Part shown: piece by piece, positions 26,710 through 39,229 of the stretch | Position numbering within the stretch: position 1 is the first letter of the stretch | Layout: the number at the start of each line of letters is the position of its first letter | Made by a program: the position numbers and the translations under genes | Notes under the pieces: generated by a model | Told to the model about the DNA's origin: nothing | The model's database searches: none | The model's input: the letters and a program-made list of their open reading frames with translations, nothing else | Assembly (NCBI GenBank): GCA_002104905.1 | Contig: MCFE01000131.1 | Coordinates: 62,001-126,000 of the forward strand | DNA: 64,000 bases | Direction of reading: 5' to 3' | DNA from: Basidiobolus meristosporus CBS 931.73 | Lineage: Eukaryota; Fungi; Basidiobolomycota

Positions 26710-29011
26710 TCACCACTCAATAAGTATCTCTGCTGTAATGCTGTAGTTTGACAACTTTGGCAGGAACCCAACAACTTTATGCCACTGTTCATTTACTGGT
26801 TCCCACACGTCCTGGTCTTCAGCTGGCACTGCAAGGTCTAGCACCTCATCTGCCAGTTTTTTCAATAGATCCTTGCAATATTTAAGCGCATTTTCTTGAG
26901 CACTGCTCTTGAAGTAGTGCTGCAACCTCTTAGTGTGCCTGTTAATGTTCCAAAGTTCCACTGAAGGCATTGTGATAGTCTTTTGAGCTCTTGATATCTT
27001 AGCCTTATCTGTCAGTGGGATCTCCACTCTGACAACAATGGACAACATGGAGGCTGTGGCAGACAAATTGCCTTTTTCAGCAAACTCATATACCTTGCCG
27101 GAGTGTAGCTCAATGGGCTGCACTTCTAACTCTTGTGAAAACAGCTGTTTTCTTGTTGGCAATTCTTCTTGGCCATCATGGGATTCAGTCTGTTCCTTGC
27201 TTGCGGCATTAATTGGCAAGAACTGCAGTTTTTTTTGCATGCCTCCCTGTCTAAGGCTTGGGTGGACATTTTTCCCTTAACCTTTTCCTTTATCACTGCC
27301 TGGTCTTTCACTGCTACTTTGACTGAGTGCTTCTTGTAAAGAACTACATTTTCTCCTGAATAAATTCTGCTTTGACATATCTGTTTTGGCCTACTTGTAC
27401 CTTGCTGTTGCTCTTCTGACAACCTGATGTTTCTTTTCTGCTTGCTTTGAGCTCTCAACCATAGTTGTGATGGGCTCCTGTAGAAGTGGCTGGTTTTTAT
27501 CACTGCCAGGTCCTTCACTACCACTTTGACTGGATGCTTCTTGAGTGGTATTATACTTTCCTTGATAAATGTTGTACTGGTACATCTGTTTCAGCCAGCT
27601 TATCCCTACTTGGCACTCTCCCAGCCACCTGACATCTCTTTGACACTTGTCTGGAGCTTTTGGCCTTGCTTGTAACGGGCTCTTGAGGAAGCCACTGGTT
27701 TTTAGCCATGAGACCCTTGTTCTTCCAACTTTGATGATTTTTGCTATTCTTAAGATACTTTCTTAGCATACCAATGCTGGCCCAAAATCTGTTTGCCCAT
27801 TTGAATCCAGGATAATGCTTATAGAATAAGTCAAGTGCATTCTGCTTGACCTTGAGTTCCTGATGGTCCCAATGTATGCCAGCCTTAAGGTGATGGCATG
27901 CTAGATTTCTGACAGCCTCTTGTATATTAGTCCACTCTTCATTATGGCACTCAACAGCTTCATGGATCTTTAATGTCTTTTGATTTTTGGTCTTTGGTAT
28001 AAGCACCACTTTGTCTCCCTCCCATGCTGTGATATGTTTTTCTGTGTGCTTTATCCTTTGGCACTGTTGTTGTGCTTCAAAGACTGTATGGTGTTCCTTG
28101 GCTGTTACATTGGGAAATGGCTCAATTCTTGGCTGTGACACTGAGCTACTTGAGCTCCTTCTTTGCAGCAAAGATACTGCTTTCTCTACCTGAAATATTG
28201 ATTACTCTACACATATTATCCTTTCATCCTGTTTCTGGACTATTTCCTGATTTCTCTGGGCCACCACATTTATGCAATCAGCCACTGCACCTAACTGCAT
28301 CATTAATGCTTTGATATGAGCTGACAACATACTTGCTAATATGGGTGGTGGTGATGTTATCATGGCTACTTGCTGATCTTCAACTAAGGGTACTGCGTTT
28401 GTTACATTCTCATCTGCCTGAGCATAACAATCAGCTTGTGGCTCCACAGAGGTTCTCAATTACCTACTTGACTGAGAGCCTGAGGAGTCCACATTATTAC
28501 CTTCAATGTGTTGTAAGAGTCTTGGAGATATTGGAAGTGATTGGAAGAACAAGTAGATTATGTGACTTTCACTTAATGATTTATTGAATGTAAAAGTAGT
28601 ATTTATACTTTTACATGGTCTTGGAATTACAAACACGTAGAATACATTAAGGAAGGTACCAAGAACATGTGTGCAAAGCTTGGGGCTGTTTGGACAACTT
28701 TGAGAATTTTCATGTTCTGGGTATCTGGTATTTTGATGAAAATATTCTAAGTAAATCCCAACAAGGAATTTGGTCAGTATTCTCTTGGATTTAAGGGTAA
28801 TAATCTAAGTGACTAAGTTAGGTGAATATTTAGGTGGAATTACAAATTTTTACAACACAATGGGCACACTGTCCACTGGGCCTTTTTTGGATGTAGCCCT
28901 GCTTGTTGCACTGAATGTCAAAACAAGCTGTTGTCCAACCAGTCTTCTGCTGCCATCAGAGGTGGGGTTTGGTTGGGATCCAGACAACTTTACTTTATTT
29001 CTTGGCAGCAT
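26710..29011 (-). pseudogene. CACTA accessory ORF-A (~650 codons, unknown function), copy D, split by a solo LTR
   Basis: Start ATG CTG CCA AGA AAT AAA at 29011 (copy A reads MPPKNNAKLSGSQP). ORF pieces at 28202-28459, 27551-28171 and 26710-27240. Conserved among all four copies. Confidence 0.7.
28509..28857 (-). mobile_element. Copia solo LTR (349 bp), TSD CAATG
   Basis: Reverse complement of the 31757-32105 LTR. CAATG at 28504-28508 and 28858-28862. Confidence 0.95.
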
Positions 29012-29232
29012 ATATATGGAAGTGAGTCAAACCAAAGGGGAAATAGTGTTACATATTCATGTGTATGTGGTGCCACAACTTTTTTATAATGTTTATTATG
29101 GCAGGTCATCATTGAATCTTACATTCATGTAGGTGCAATGTCTCAAATACAAGACTGTCTTAAGTTCACATGAGTATTGACCAAAAAGTGATATAATAGG
29201 GTTACGTTGTTGAAGGTCAAACTGTTTGCCCC

Positions 29233-31756
29233 ATGGACAAGTCTACTTTGACTCAACACCATAAGAGAAGAGAAAAAAGACCATGTGGCTATTGTGGCAA
29301 GCCTCTCAGCCATGAAGCATGTAGACAGCATAGGAAGTATTACAAGGATCATGGTCAGTGTTTTGCCACCCAGGTCATATTTGACCATTCATTGGTCACT
29401 GCTGTACTAACATTATCTTGCTGGCCAGTTGATTCTTCTATATTGGCATCTGGCCATCTTTGTCACCTTGAGCAAACTGAGTCAGGTGAGCTTGTGATGC
29501 CTTTAGGCTCACCTCAGCCTTCTGAATATGGCAGGCAGAGTGATAGCTCTGACAAAGAAGGCTCACTGATGGATTTTGAGCCTATCTCCCCTAACAACAG
29601 TACCATGTATGAGCCCAGTCAAATCCCTATATGCAATGAGACAACACCTGTTGAAACAAATGCCAAGGATACTCTATGGAGCCAAGTAAGCCCAGTAATT
29701 CATCTACTGGTGAATGATGTAATGTTGTGGCTAGAGAAGTGGCGTGTTTCCACTAATATCAGTAATGAGGGCTTTGAGGATTTATTACAACTTCTTGCCA
29801 ATATCATACCAGGATGCATCTTACCATGTACATGGTACAAGTGGGCAACCGTCATATGGTTGGCAACATATGATCCAGAGACTGTCCTGATTCCAGCATG
29901 TGTTAACAGTTGCATGGCATTCACATCCAAAAATGCTACCATTGCAATGTGTCCAAATTGTCAGGAATCCACCACCACTGAGGGAAAACATTGTTCATAC
30001 TCCAGGTATATTCTAGTCATACCCTGTCTGAGGAAGCTGATGCAGTCCAACAAATATTGCAACGCTATACAGTACCACACTCAGTATCAATCAAGCGCAA
30101 ACATATCCAATATATTTTATGGCAAACATTACAAACAGCTAAGAAGCAAGGGCTACTTTGAAGGTATGTATGACCATGCCTTTGCTTTAGCACTTGATGA
30201 ACTCTCATTAAACAAGTACTCTACCAGCAAATCCCGCTGGCCACTGATTCTCATCAATCTGAATCTGCCGCCAATCTTACATTATCAGAGCAATAATCTG
30301 ATGGTAGTCTCACTGATATCTGGGCCTAAATCACCATCCAACCTGGATAGCTACCTGTATCCATTGCTGGATGAATTTTGTGTGCTTTCTAGCAGGATAA
30401 CAGTAAATGGCCATCATGTAAAAGCGCATATTATTATCTGTGTTGGAGATGCCCCAGCCATCAGCAAGATAGCAGGTTTTTCCGGGCACAATGGATGGTA
30501 CTGCTGCCAAATGTGTGAGATCCAAGGGATTTACTCTATGACTCACACACATTATTATTACCCAAACACCAGCACTAAGAACATCATCTTTCCACAGAGA
30601 GAACGTACAGAAGTAAGCATGCAATTGCAGCAAAGGTGGCAAGCTATAAGTCATTGGCTGGAATATGGAATCAATTGGAAACTGGAGATACTTGAGATAC
30701 AGGGTATCTGTTGGAGCAAAAGCTTTCCACTGGGAGCAATGCATTTCCTTTCAACAATATCCCTATACTGATGACCAAGATGTACATGGGGCATTTCAAG
30801 CTAAATGAGCCCTTCAAGATACCGGAGAAATTTGAAAGAATTGGCAAGATATTACAGAGTATCCGCTACCCTGAGTACTTCTCACAGGCTCCAATTAATA
30901 GTCATATGCATATGCAACAATACAAATGCAAAGACTGGATGAACTGGATATGTGCTTATTCCAGTGGTGTTCTGAAGCCATTCCCACCAAGAGTACATTG
31001 GAAGCATTGGGAGTCATATGTGGACATTGTAGGAATATTTATCCAGAAGCAGATCACCAATTCCAACTTGACACATCTACAGCTGTTGTGAGAGGAGTTT
31101 GTGATGGGATTTGAGCGGCTACACTACAAGCATAGAGCTGAACACATAGATCTCTGCTGCTACTGTATTCATTTTCTACTTCATCTTGCATGGTGTGTGG
31201 AGAATATTGGACCTTGCTTTACCTTTTGGGAGTTTCCTATAGAACAGATGTGTGGGGAGATAGGAAGACAGGTCAAGTTGCAGGTACTACCATATTACAA
31301 TCTCATCAAGAATGTTACCTTCAAGTCTGTCATGGATGTGATGAGTTGGCACATGGAGTACAGCCAGAAAGAGTTGGAAAATACTGAGGACAAATGTTCA
31401 CATGGAGACACCAATGCCTATGGCATTAAGAAGCTAAGCAGCCCCAATGCATGGGTAATCAGTTAAGTAATGCCAAGTTGGGTTGGGTGCAACAAGCAAC
31501 TGATTTTTATTGGGAAAACTCCACCAAGATATGCTGGATTTTGTGTGGTCACAAGCCAACTTCTACACCATTCAATACAGAATTCACACAAACAAAAGCT
31601 ACAGCACAGCTATAAGGGGGACTAGAATCCTGCAGGGAGAAGGAATATATTGGATAAATACCAAGAAGTTCTTTGCAGCTATTCAGGAGGTATTCATGGC
31701 AGAAGTGGCAACAACCAAACATATGTTTGCAAGATGTATATGTTACCAGTAGTACA
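29233..31756 (+). pseudogene. Tnp2-family CACTA transposase, copy D (continues 36440-36748 and 37099 to ~37300)
   Basis: A 512-aa open frame with CACTA-typical motifs: CVNSCMAF...CPNC, YGKHYKQL, ALALD, WPLILINLNLPP, LDSYLYPLLDEF, GDAPAISK, CQMC. After a frameshift come HFLLHLA...GP...WEFPIEQ (DUF4218-like). N-terminal CGYC...H...H zinc-finger-like motif. The exact start is uncertain. Confidence 0.9.
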
Positions 31757-34700
31757 TGTTGTAAAAATTTGTATTTCCACTTAAATATTCACCTAGCTTA
31801 GTCACTTAGATCATCACCTTCAAATCCTAGAGAATACTGACCAAATTCCTTGTCAGGATTTACTTGGAATATTTTCACCAAAATACCAGGTACCTAGAAC
31901 ATGAAAATTCTCAAAGTTGTCCAAACAGCCCCAAACTTTGCACACATGTTCTTGGGACCTTCCTTAACCTATTGTACGTGTTCTTAATGCCAAGACCAGG
32001 TAAAAGTATAAATACTACTTTTACATTCAATAAATCATTAAGTGAAAACCACATAATCTACTTGTTCTCCCAATCACTTCCAATATCTCCAAAACTCTTA
32101 CAACAGGTTATGAGCCCCAAGCTGTCACTCTCTGCAATGTCTACTACTGCTATTACTGGAATTTTTCCATCTGCTGAAAAGTTGGATGGATCTAACTACC
32201 AAGTGTGGAAGGTGAAGATGAAGATGCTGCTACAAGAAAGAGACCTTTGGGATATTGTCATGGGAGAAGAATGCCCTCCTAAAAACGTGGGAGAGAAAGC
32301 CTTAAAGTACCAGAAGAAAGAACAAAGTGCCTTTAACTGCATTTGCCTTAATGTCAAGGACAAATTGCTAATTCAATGCTCAAGAGCAAAAACAGCAAAG
32401 AATGCCTGAAAAGCATTGGAAGACACCTACCAGTCATGTTCAGCTGCCAAGAAAATGTACCTGAGACAAAAATTCTTTACTACAGAAATGCTGCCAGGAG
32501 AAGAAATGAAAAATCTAATTAACAGAATTACCCTGCTGGTAGATGAGATGGAATCTGTGGGCGTACCAACTACTGATGAGGATGTGATAGTTACCATCCT
32601 GAATAGCCTGACTGACAAGTTTCAGGGCCTTGTATCAGCCCTAGAGTCCAGAACTGAAGATTTGACCTTAAATTATGTATATGGAAGGCTCCTGGATGAA
32701 GAATTAAGAAAATCAAGCGCCAATAAGAAGGAAGAAGAAAATGCTTTAATAAGCAATGATAATCAACAAAGGAGGTACCCAAGACCCTACAAAGGCAACA
32801 GCAACCTGTTTTGTAACTACTGCAAAAGGAAAGGACACACATCAGACTGGTGTCTCAAAAAGAAAGATAATCAGCAAAAGAAGCCTGAATATGGAAATGC
32901 TGCAACAACTGAAGATAGACTATTCATATCTGCACTAAATATGACCACAAACAAGGATTCTCAGATGTGGTATATTGACTCTGGAGCATCTCAACACTTT
33001 ACACACCAAAAAGAACTTTTTACCCAATATCAAGAAATTCCAATTAAGAAGGTTTTCATGGGTGACAATAGAACACTTGATGCAGTGGGAGAAGGAGCTA
33101 TCCAAGTAAACCTTAGAAGCAGTGAAGGAAGCCATACACTGACCTTTAAAGAAGTACTCTATGTACCAGAAATAGCCAAGAACCTACTCTCTGTAAGCAA
33201 GGCCACAGCAGAAGGACTCAGTTTCAGTTTTGACAATTCTGGATGCAGGATCACTGATCAAAATGGTGCTCATATTGCTTTGGGCATCAGAGATCAGAAT
33301 CTATACAAGTTGACTTATATTCCATCATATCTGGAAGCCAATATAAGTAACTTAAATGAAGAAACACCAATGCTTTGGCACAGGAGATTTGGGCACATCA
33401 ATTTTGATTATTTGTGCAAAATTATCAAAGATCAGCTAATTTCTGGAGTGAAAATTGATCCCCCAACTAATTTGGAGCACTGTGAAGCCTGCATATATTA
33501 GAAACAAGCCAGACAACCATTCAAGAGCTCTGGGTTAATTGAAACTAAGAAAAAATTAGATTTAATTTACTCAGATCTGTGTGGACCTATGCAAAATTTA
33601 TCCTTAGGTGGGATGAAGTATTTAATCACTTTTATTGATGATTATACAAGATACACATGGGTCTACTTCATGGAGAGAAAGGAAGAAGCTCTGTCTAAGC
33701 TCAGGGAGTTTAAAGCTATGGTGGAGAGAGAAACTGGTGAAAAAATCAAGAAAATACGCTCTGACAATGGTGGAGAATATACCTCAAAACTCTTCATCCA
33801 CTTCTGCAAAATTCATGGGATAAAGCAAGAGACTACTGTACCATACTCCCCACAGCAAAATGGAGTAGCAGAACAAGCTAACAGATTAATAATTGATACG
33901 GCAAGATCTATGATCCATGATCAAAAATTATCCTATGATTTTTGGGCGGAATCAGTTGCCACTGCTGTATACCTTAAAAATAGGAGTTACAACAGAATAC
34001 TTTGTGATTCTACTCCATTTGAAGCATGATATGGATACAGACCAAGTGCAGAACATCTAAGAATATTTGGGTGTACAGCATATGCCAAAAAACTGGCCGG
34101 AAATCAGTCAAAATTTGAGCCAAAAAGTGAAAATGCATATTTTTGGGCTACTGCAATGAGAGTAAGGCATACAGACTCTACAATACCAAAGCAAAGAAGC
34201 TGATCAAGTCCAGGGATGTGTTGTTTGATGAAAATTCAAAATTTCACAAAAAATGACATCAGATGATGACAAAAATCTGATCTCAAGTCTGCTAATTGTC
34301 AGGATTGAATCAGAGCAAAACAGTGAAAATTTTTTCACTCCAGAAGACTCTACAACCGTGGTTCAGCCAGAATCAGTTCCCAGGAATATCCCAGAAGTGA
34401 TCATTCTAGTATCAAATGCCTGGAGATCAAATCGGACAAGAAATAGCCCAAATTACTATATTAATGAGGGTACAAACTTAGCCTATGCCTATTTAGTCCA
34501 TATTGATGAACCCCAGACTGTAAAAGAGGCCCTAAATAGCCCTCAGACAAGGTTTTTGAGATCTGCAATGACTGAGGAATATCAGGCACTGATGGAAAAT
34601 CAAACTTGGGACTTAGTCAAATTACCAATCAGCCAAAAATCAATTGGATGCAGATGGGTCTTCAAGACAAAATACAAGGCTGATGGTACAATTGAAAGAT

Positions 34701-36439
34701 ACAAAGCAAGACTTGTAGCCAAAGGATACTCTCAAACAAAAGGACTTGACTATACTGAGACCTTTGCACCGGTAGCCAAGTTTAATTCCATCAGACTAAT
34801 ATTTGCTATTGCAGCCAAATATAAGTTTTTTATTCATCAAATGGATGTAAAAACTGCATTTTTGAATGGAGAACTTGATGAGGACGTGTATATGGACCAG
34901 CGTGATGGGTTTGTTGACCAAGATAACCCCCATTTGGTCTGCAAGCTTAAAAAGTCACTATATGGTCTCAAACAATCACTGAGAGCCTGGAATTGCAAGA
35001 TAGATTCTTATTTGGAATCGTTGAGTTTCAAAAGGAGTAATGCTGACTATAGTATATACTATAAGCCAGATAGAGCAAATCCAGTTCTATTAGCTCTATA
35101 TGTGGATGATCTTATTATAGCCGCCAATAACCTAGAAACATTGGAAGAGACTAAATCCAGCCTATCTAAGGAGTTCAAGATGTCCAATCTAGGAGAACTT
35201 AGTTACTACTTAGGGATTAAGTTCTCCATAGACAGAAGTACCCAGACTATTACCCTAAGCCAATCTAAGTATATTCAAGATATGCTAAAGAAGTATAAAA
35301 TGGAAGACTGTAAACTGGCAGCTACCCCAATGGAGACAAACCTTAACTTGGTCAAAACTCAACCAAATCAAGAGAGCTTGGTGCCATCTGAAAGCCCTGA
35401 CCTTCCTTATCAATCTATGGTCGGCAGTCTGATGTATATCATGCATGGAACATGTCCAGATATCTCATATTCAGTGGGAGTTGTCAGCCAACATAATCAG
35501 AATTATGGATCTGATCATATTGCAGCAGTTAAGCGGATTTTTAGATACCTAAAAGGAACTGCTGATATCTGCTTAAGATACACTTATAAGGATTCAGAAC
35601 AGGATCTTGTGGGATACTCTGATGCTGATTGGGGACAAAATTTGGAAGACAGAAGATCCACCACAGGATACACCTTTCTTTACTGTAAAGGAGCCATTTC
35701 ATGGAATTCAAGAAAGTAACCAACCGTAGCACTTTCTACTACAGAGGCAGTGTGTATGGCAGCCTGTGAAGCTACAAAAGCAGCAATGTGGTTAAGAAAG
35801 CTCTTTACAGATTTAGGCCTATGTCAAAAAACGCCTACTACTTTATTTCAAGATAATCAAGGATGTATACAATTAGGTAGAAATCCAACTTTTCATGCTA
35901 GAACCAAGCACATAGATATTAGACATCATTTCATACAAGAAGCTATAGAGAATAACTTAGTTAGCTTAGTTTACTGTCCTACAGATGAAATGATTGCAGA
36001 CATACTTACCAAACCATTAGCTAGAGACAAGTTTGAATATCTTAGGTCAAAATTAGGACTAGTCAGTATGATCATTTAGCTGAGTGGGAGTGTTGTAAGA
36101 ATTTGTATTTCCACCTAAATATTCACCTAACTTAGTCACTTAGATCATCACCTTCAAATCCTAGAGAATACTGACCAAATTCCTTGTCAGGATTTACTTA
36201 GAATATTTTCACCAAAATACCAGGTACCCAGAACATGAAAATTCTCAAAGTTGTCCAAACAGCCCCAGACTTTGCACACATGTTCTTGGGACCTTCCTTA
36301 ACCTATTGTACGTGTTCTTAATGCCAAGACCAGGTAAAAGTATAAATACTACTTTTACATTGAATAAATCATTAAGTGAAAACCACATAATCTACTTGTT
36401 CTCCCAATCACTTCCAATATCTCCAAGACTCTTACAACA
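31757..36439 (+). mobile_element. Full-length Ty1/copia LTR retrotransposon (4683 bp), decayed
   Basis: LTRs 31757-32105 and 36091-36439 (349 bp each; 8 differences by manual alignment, 7 of them transitions) with TGTTG...CAACA ends. PBS GGTTATGAGCCC at 32106 (copia half-tRNAiMet type), PPT TGAGTGGGAG at 36081-36090, TSD GTACA/GTACA. Confidence 0.97.
32137..36079 (+). pseudogene. Copia gag-pol polyprotein (gag, zinc knuckle, protease, integrase, RT, RNase H) with 4 in-frame stops and ~2 frameshifts
   Basis: Motifs EKLDGSNYQVWK, CNYCKRKGHTSDWC, WYIDSGASQH, LWHRRFGH, DLCGP...DDYTRY...SDNGGEY...ENGVAEQ-like, YKARLVAKG, QMDVKTAFLNG, LYVDDL, SDADWG, KHIDIRHHF. Stops at 32407, 33499, 34027 and 35717; frameshifts near 34133 and 34250. 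Confidence 0.95.
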
Positions 36440-36748
36440 GTACAAGGTATATGGCAACTTTGCAATTATCACACCAAAAAGCCGTAAAGTTGAGGTGATA
36501 GAAGTATGTCAATTATGGCAGGTGTGCACATTGGTAGAGGTTAGTAAGCAGGAGGCCATAGTTTTTTTTGATTCAAACTATATGTGGAATACCAAAAGGT
36601 AGTAGTGGGTAAGCAAATAAAGAAAGGCAATTCCACAGTGGAATATATGAATTGCACAAGGGGAGGTAGAAAAAGGGAATACCATTTGATAAATTGGTAT
36701 GGTAGCATTATACAGAACCAGCGGTAGGCTGTCATACCGCCAATATAA

Positions 36749-37098
36749 TGTTGTAAAAATTTGTATTTCCACCTAAATATTCACCTAACTTAGTCACTTA
36801 GATCATCACCTTCAAATCCTAGAGAATACTGACCAAAATTCCTTGTTGGGATTTACTTGGAATATTTTCACCAAAATACCAGGTACCCAGAACATGAGAA
36901 TTCTCAAAGTTGTCCAAACAGCCCCAAACTTTGCACACATGTTCTTGGGACCTTCCTTAACCTATTCTACGTGTTTGTTATGCCAAGACCAGGTAAAAGT
37001 ATAAATACTACTTTTACATTCAATAAATCATTAAGTGAAAACCACATAATATACTTGTCCTCCCAATCACTTCCAATATCTCCAAGACTCTTACAACA
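36749..37098 (+). mobile_element. Copia solo LTR (350 bp), TSD TATAA
   Basis: Near-identical to the 31757 LTR. TATAA at 36744-36748 and 37099-37103. Confidence 0.95.
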
Positions 37099-37444
37099 TA
37101 TAATGCCATTAGAGTCTCGCTGTGAGGCCATCTGAATACTGTCAAGTTTCTTGCCATATAAGGCAATTGGATGTCCTGGCCAGCTGGGTTTACTTAAAGT
37201 AGTGATAAAGTGCTGAAAGACTACAACAATACCATACAAATATTGTTACAGCACCAATAAATTATTTTCAAGTTTTATCCCTTTATTTGGCTGTAAATTA
37301 GCAAAACACCATCATGATCTTGTTATAAGGTTGTTAGGAGGGTCACTAATTCCAAGCTGCTGTTATTGTGATGGTCTCTAAATGGGATCTTGACGGCTGA
37401 TCCTGATTGGATCCACCTGCAGGACCAAATTATTTTTCATAGGG

Positions 37445-38752
37445 AATTATCAAGAGCCTGGAATTGTAAAATAGATTCTTATTTGGAATCTTTGAGTTTC
37501 AAAAGGAGTAATGCTGACTATAACATATACTATAAGCCAGATAGAGCAAATCCAGCTCTATTAGCTCCATATGTGGATGACTCTATTATAGCCACCAATA
37601 ATCTCAAAACATTGGTAGAGACTAAATCCTGCTTATCTAAAGAGTTCAAGATGTCTGATCTAAGAGAATGCAGCTACTACTTAGGGATAAGGTTCTTCAT
37701 AGACAGAAGTACCCAGACTAGCACCCTAAGCCATACCAAGTATATTCAAGATATGCTAAAGAAGTATCAAATGGAAGACTGTAAACAGGCAGCTACCCCA
37801 ATGGAGACAAACCTTAACTTGGTCAAAACTCAACCAAATTAAGAGAGCTTAGTGCCATATGAAAGCCCTGACTCTCCTTATCAATCTATAGTCAGCAGTC
37901 TGATGTATATCATGCTTAGAACACCTCCAGATATCTCATATTCAGTGGGAGTTGTCAGCCAGCGTAATCAGCACTATGGAACTGATCATATTGCAGCAGT
38001 TAAGTGGATTTTTAGATATCTGAGAGGAACTGCTGATATCTGTTTAAGATACACTTATAAGGATTCAGAACAGGATCTTTTGGGATACTCTGATGCTGAT
38101 TGGGGACAAAATTTGGAAGACAGAAGATTCACCACAAGATACACCATTCTTTACTGTGAAGGAGCAATTTCATGGATTTCAATAGAGCAACCAACTGTAG
38201 CACTTTCCACCACAGAGGCAGAGTATACGGCAGCCTGTGAGGCTACAAAAGAAGCAATGTGGCTAAGAAAGCTTTTTACAGATTTAGGCCTATGTCAAAA
38301 AACGCCTATTACTTTATTTCAAGATAATCAAGGATATATACAAATAGGTAGAAATCCAACTTTTCATACTGGAACTAAGCACATATATATTAGACATCAT
38401 TTCATATGTGAAGCTATAGAGAATAACTTAGCTAGCTTAGTTTACTGCCCTACAGATGAAATGATTGCAGACATATTTACCAAACCATTAGCTAGAGACA
38501 AGTTTGAATATCTTAGGTCAAATTAGGACTAGTTGACATGAACATATAGCTGAGTGGGAGTGTTGTAAAAGCTCATAATTCCACCTAATTATTCACCTAG
38601 CTTAGTCACTTTGATGATTACCTTTAAATCCTAGAGAATACTGACCAAATTCCTTTTCAGGATTTATTTAGAATATTTTCACCACAATATCAGGTACCTG
38701 GAACATGAAAATTATATAAGTTGCTCAAACAGCCCCAAACTTTGCCTACATA
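37445..38752 (+). mobile_element. Second copy of the same copia family: RT C-terminus, RNase H, PPT and partial 3' LTR
   Basis: ORFs 37390-37842 and 37852-38526 match 34253-36079. PPT at 38551-38560; LTR from 38561, truncated at ~38752. The 5' part is missing at the CACTA-D terminus. Confidence 0.92.
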
Positions 38753-38871
38753 TCAGATCCAAAGGAAAGTAGATACCAGGAGGAGAGCAAGTTTGGGGCG
38801 TATAACCTGTTGTAATATTCTGAGGAGTAGTGGAAGTGATGTGGAGAATGTAAAGATTTAAAAGTTATTAC
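38753..38871 (-). mobile_element. Fragment of a related copia: LTR 3' end plus PBS
   Basis: The reverse complement reads ...CTACTCCTCAGAATATTACAACA-GGTTATACGCCCCA, an LTR end like that of 25199-25546 followed by a copia-type PBS. Confidence 0.65.
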
Positions 38872-39218
38872 TGTTGTAAAATTTGGGATTCCACCTAAAT
38901 ATTCACCTAACTTAGTCACTTAGATCCTTACCTTCAGATCCTAGAGAATGCTGACCAAAATTCTTGTTGGGATTTACTTAGAATATTCTCACCAAAATAT
39001 CAGGTACCTGGAACATGAAAATTCTCAAAGTTGTTCAAACAGCCCCAAACCTTTCACACATATTCTTGGGACCTTTCTAAACCTATTTTACATGTTTGTT
39101 ATGCCAAGAACATGTGAAAGTATAAGTACTACTTTTACAGTCAATAAATCATTAAGTAAAAACCACATAATCTACTTGTCCTAACAATCACTTGCAATAT
39201 CTCCAAGATTCTACAACA
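38872..39218 (+). mobile_element. Copia solo LTR (347 bp), TSD ATTAC/ATTGC
   Basis: Collinear with the 31757 LTR; the TSD has one transition. Confidence 0.85.
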
Positions 39219-39229
39219 ATTGCAACTAA

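Larger units (their letters stand above)
26260..37444 (+). mobile_element. CACTA/EnSpm-like element copy D, least decayed; carries a full copia and two solo LTRs
   Basis: Starts CCCTATGCAATATTATTG (26260) and ends CCAAATTATTTTTCATAGGG (37444). Net length is ~5.79 kb after removing the three LTR insertions. The flanks (TTA / AAT) do not form a TSD. Confidence 0.85.

Noticed and set aside
3491-31752. Dozens of 60-150-aa ORFs on both strands in the repeat block
   Set aside because: They are fragments or antisense shadows of the two CACTA ORFs and are not independent genes.
31864-32136. Open frame through the copia LTR, in frame with gag, also open in other LTR copies
   Set aside because: It starts at TTG upstream of the LTR TATA box (~32006), so it would not be in the transcript. 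The copies are too similar for shared openness to imply selection.
31757-36439. Canonical CpA-directed RIP as the mutational cause
   Set aside because: Only about 2 of the 7 LTR-LTR transitions are CpA/TpG-to-TpA; the contexts are mixed and the dominant signal is CpG loss. RIP indices need computing before any claim.
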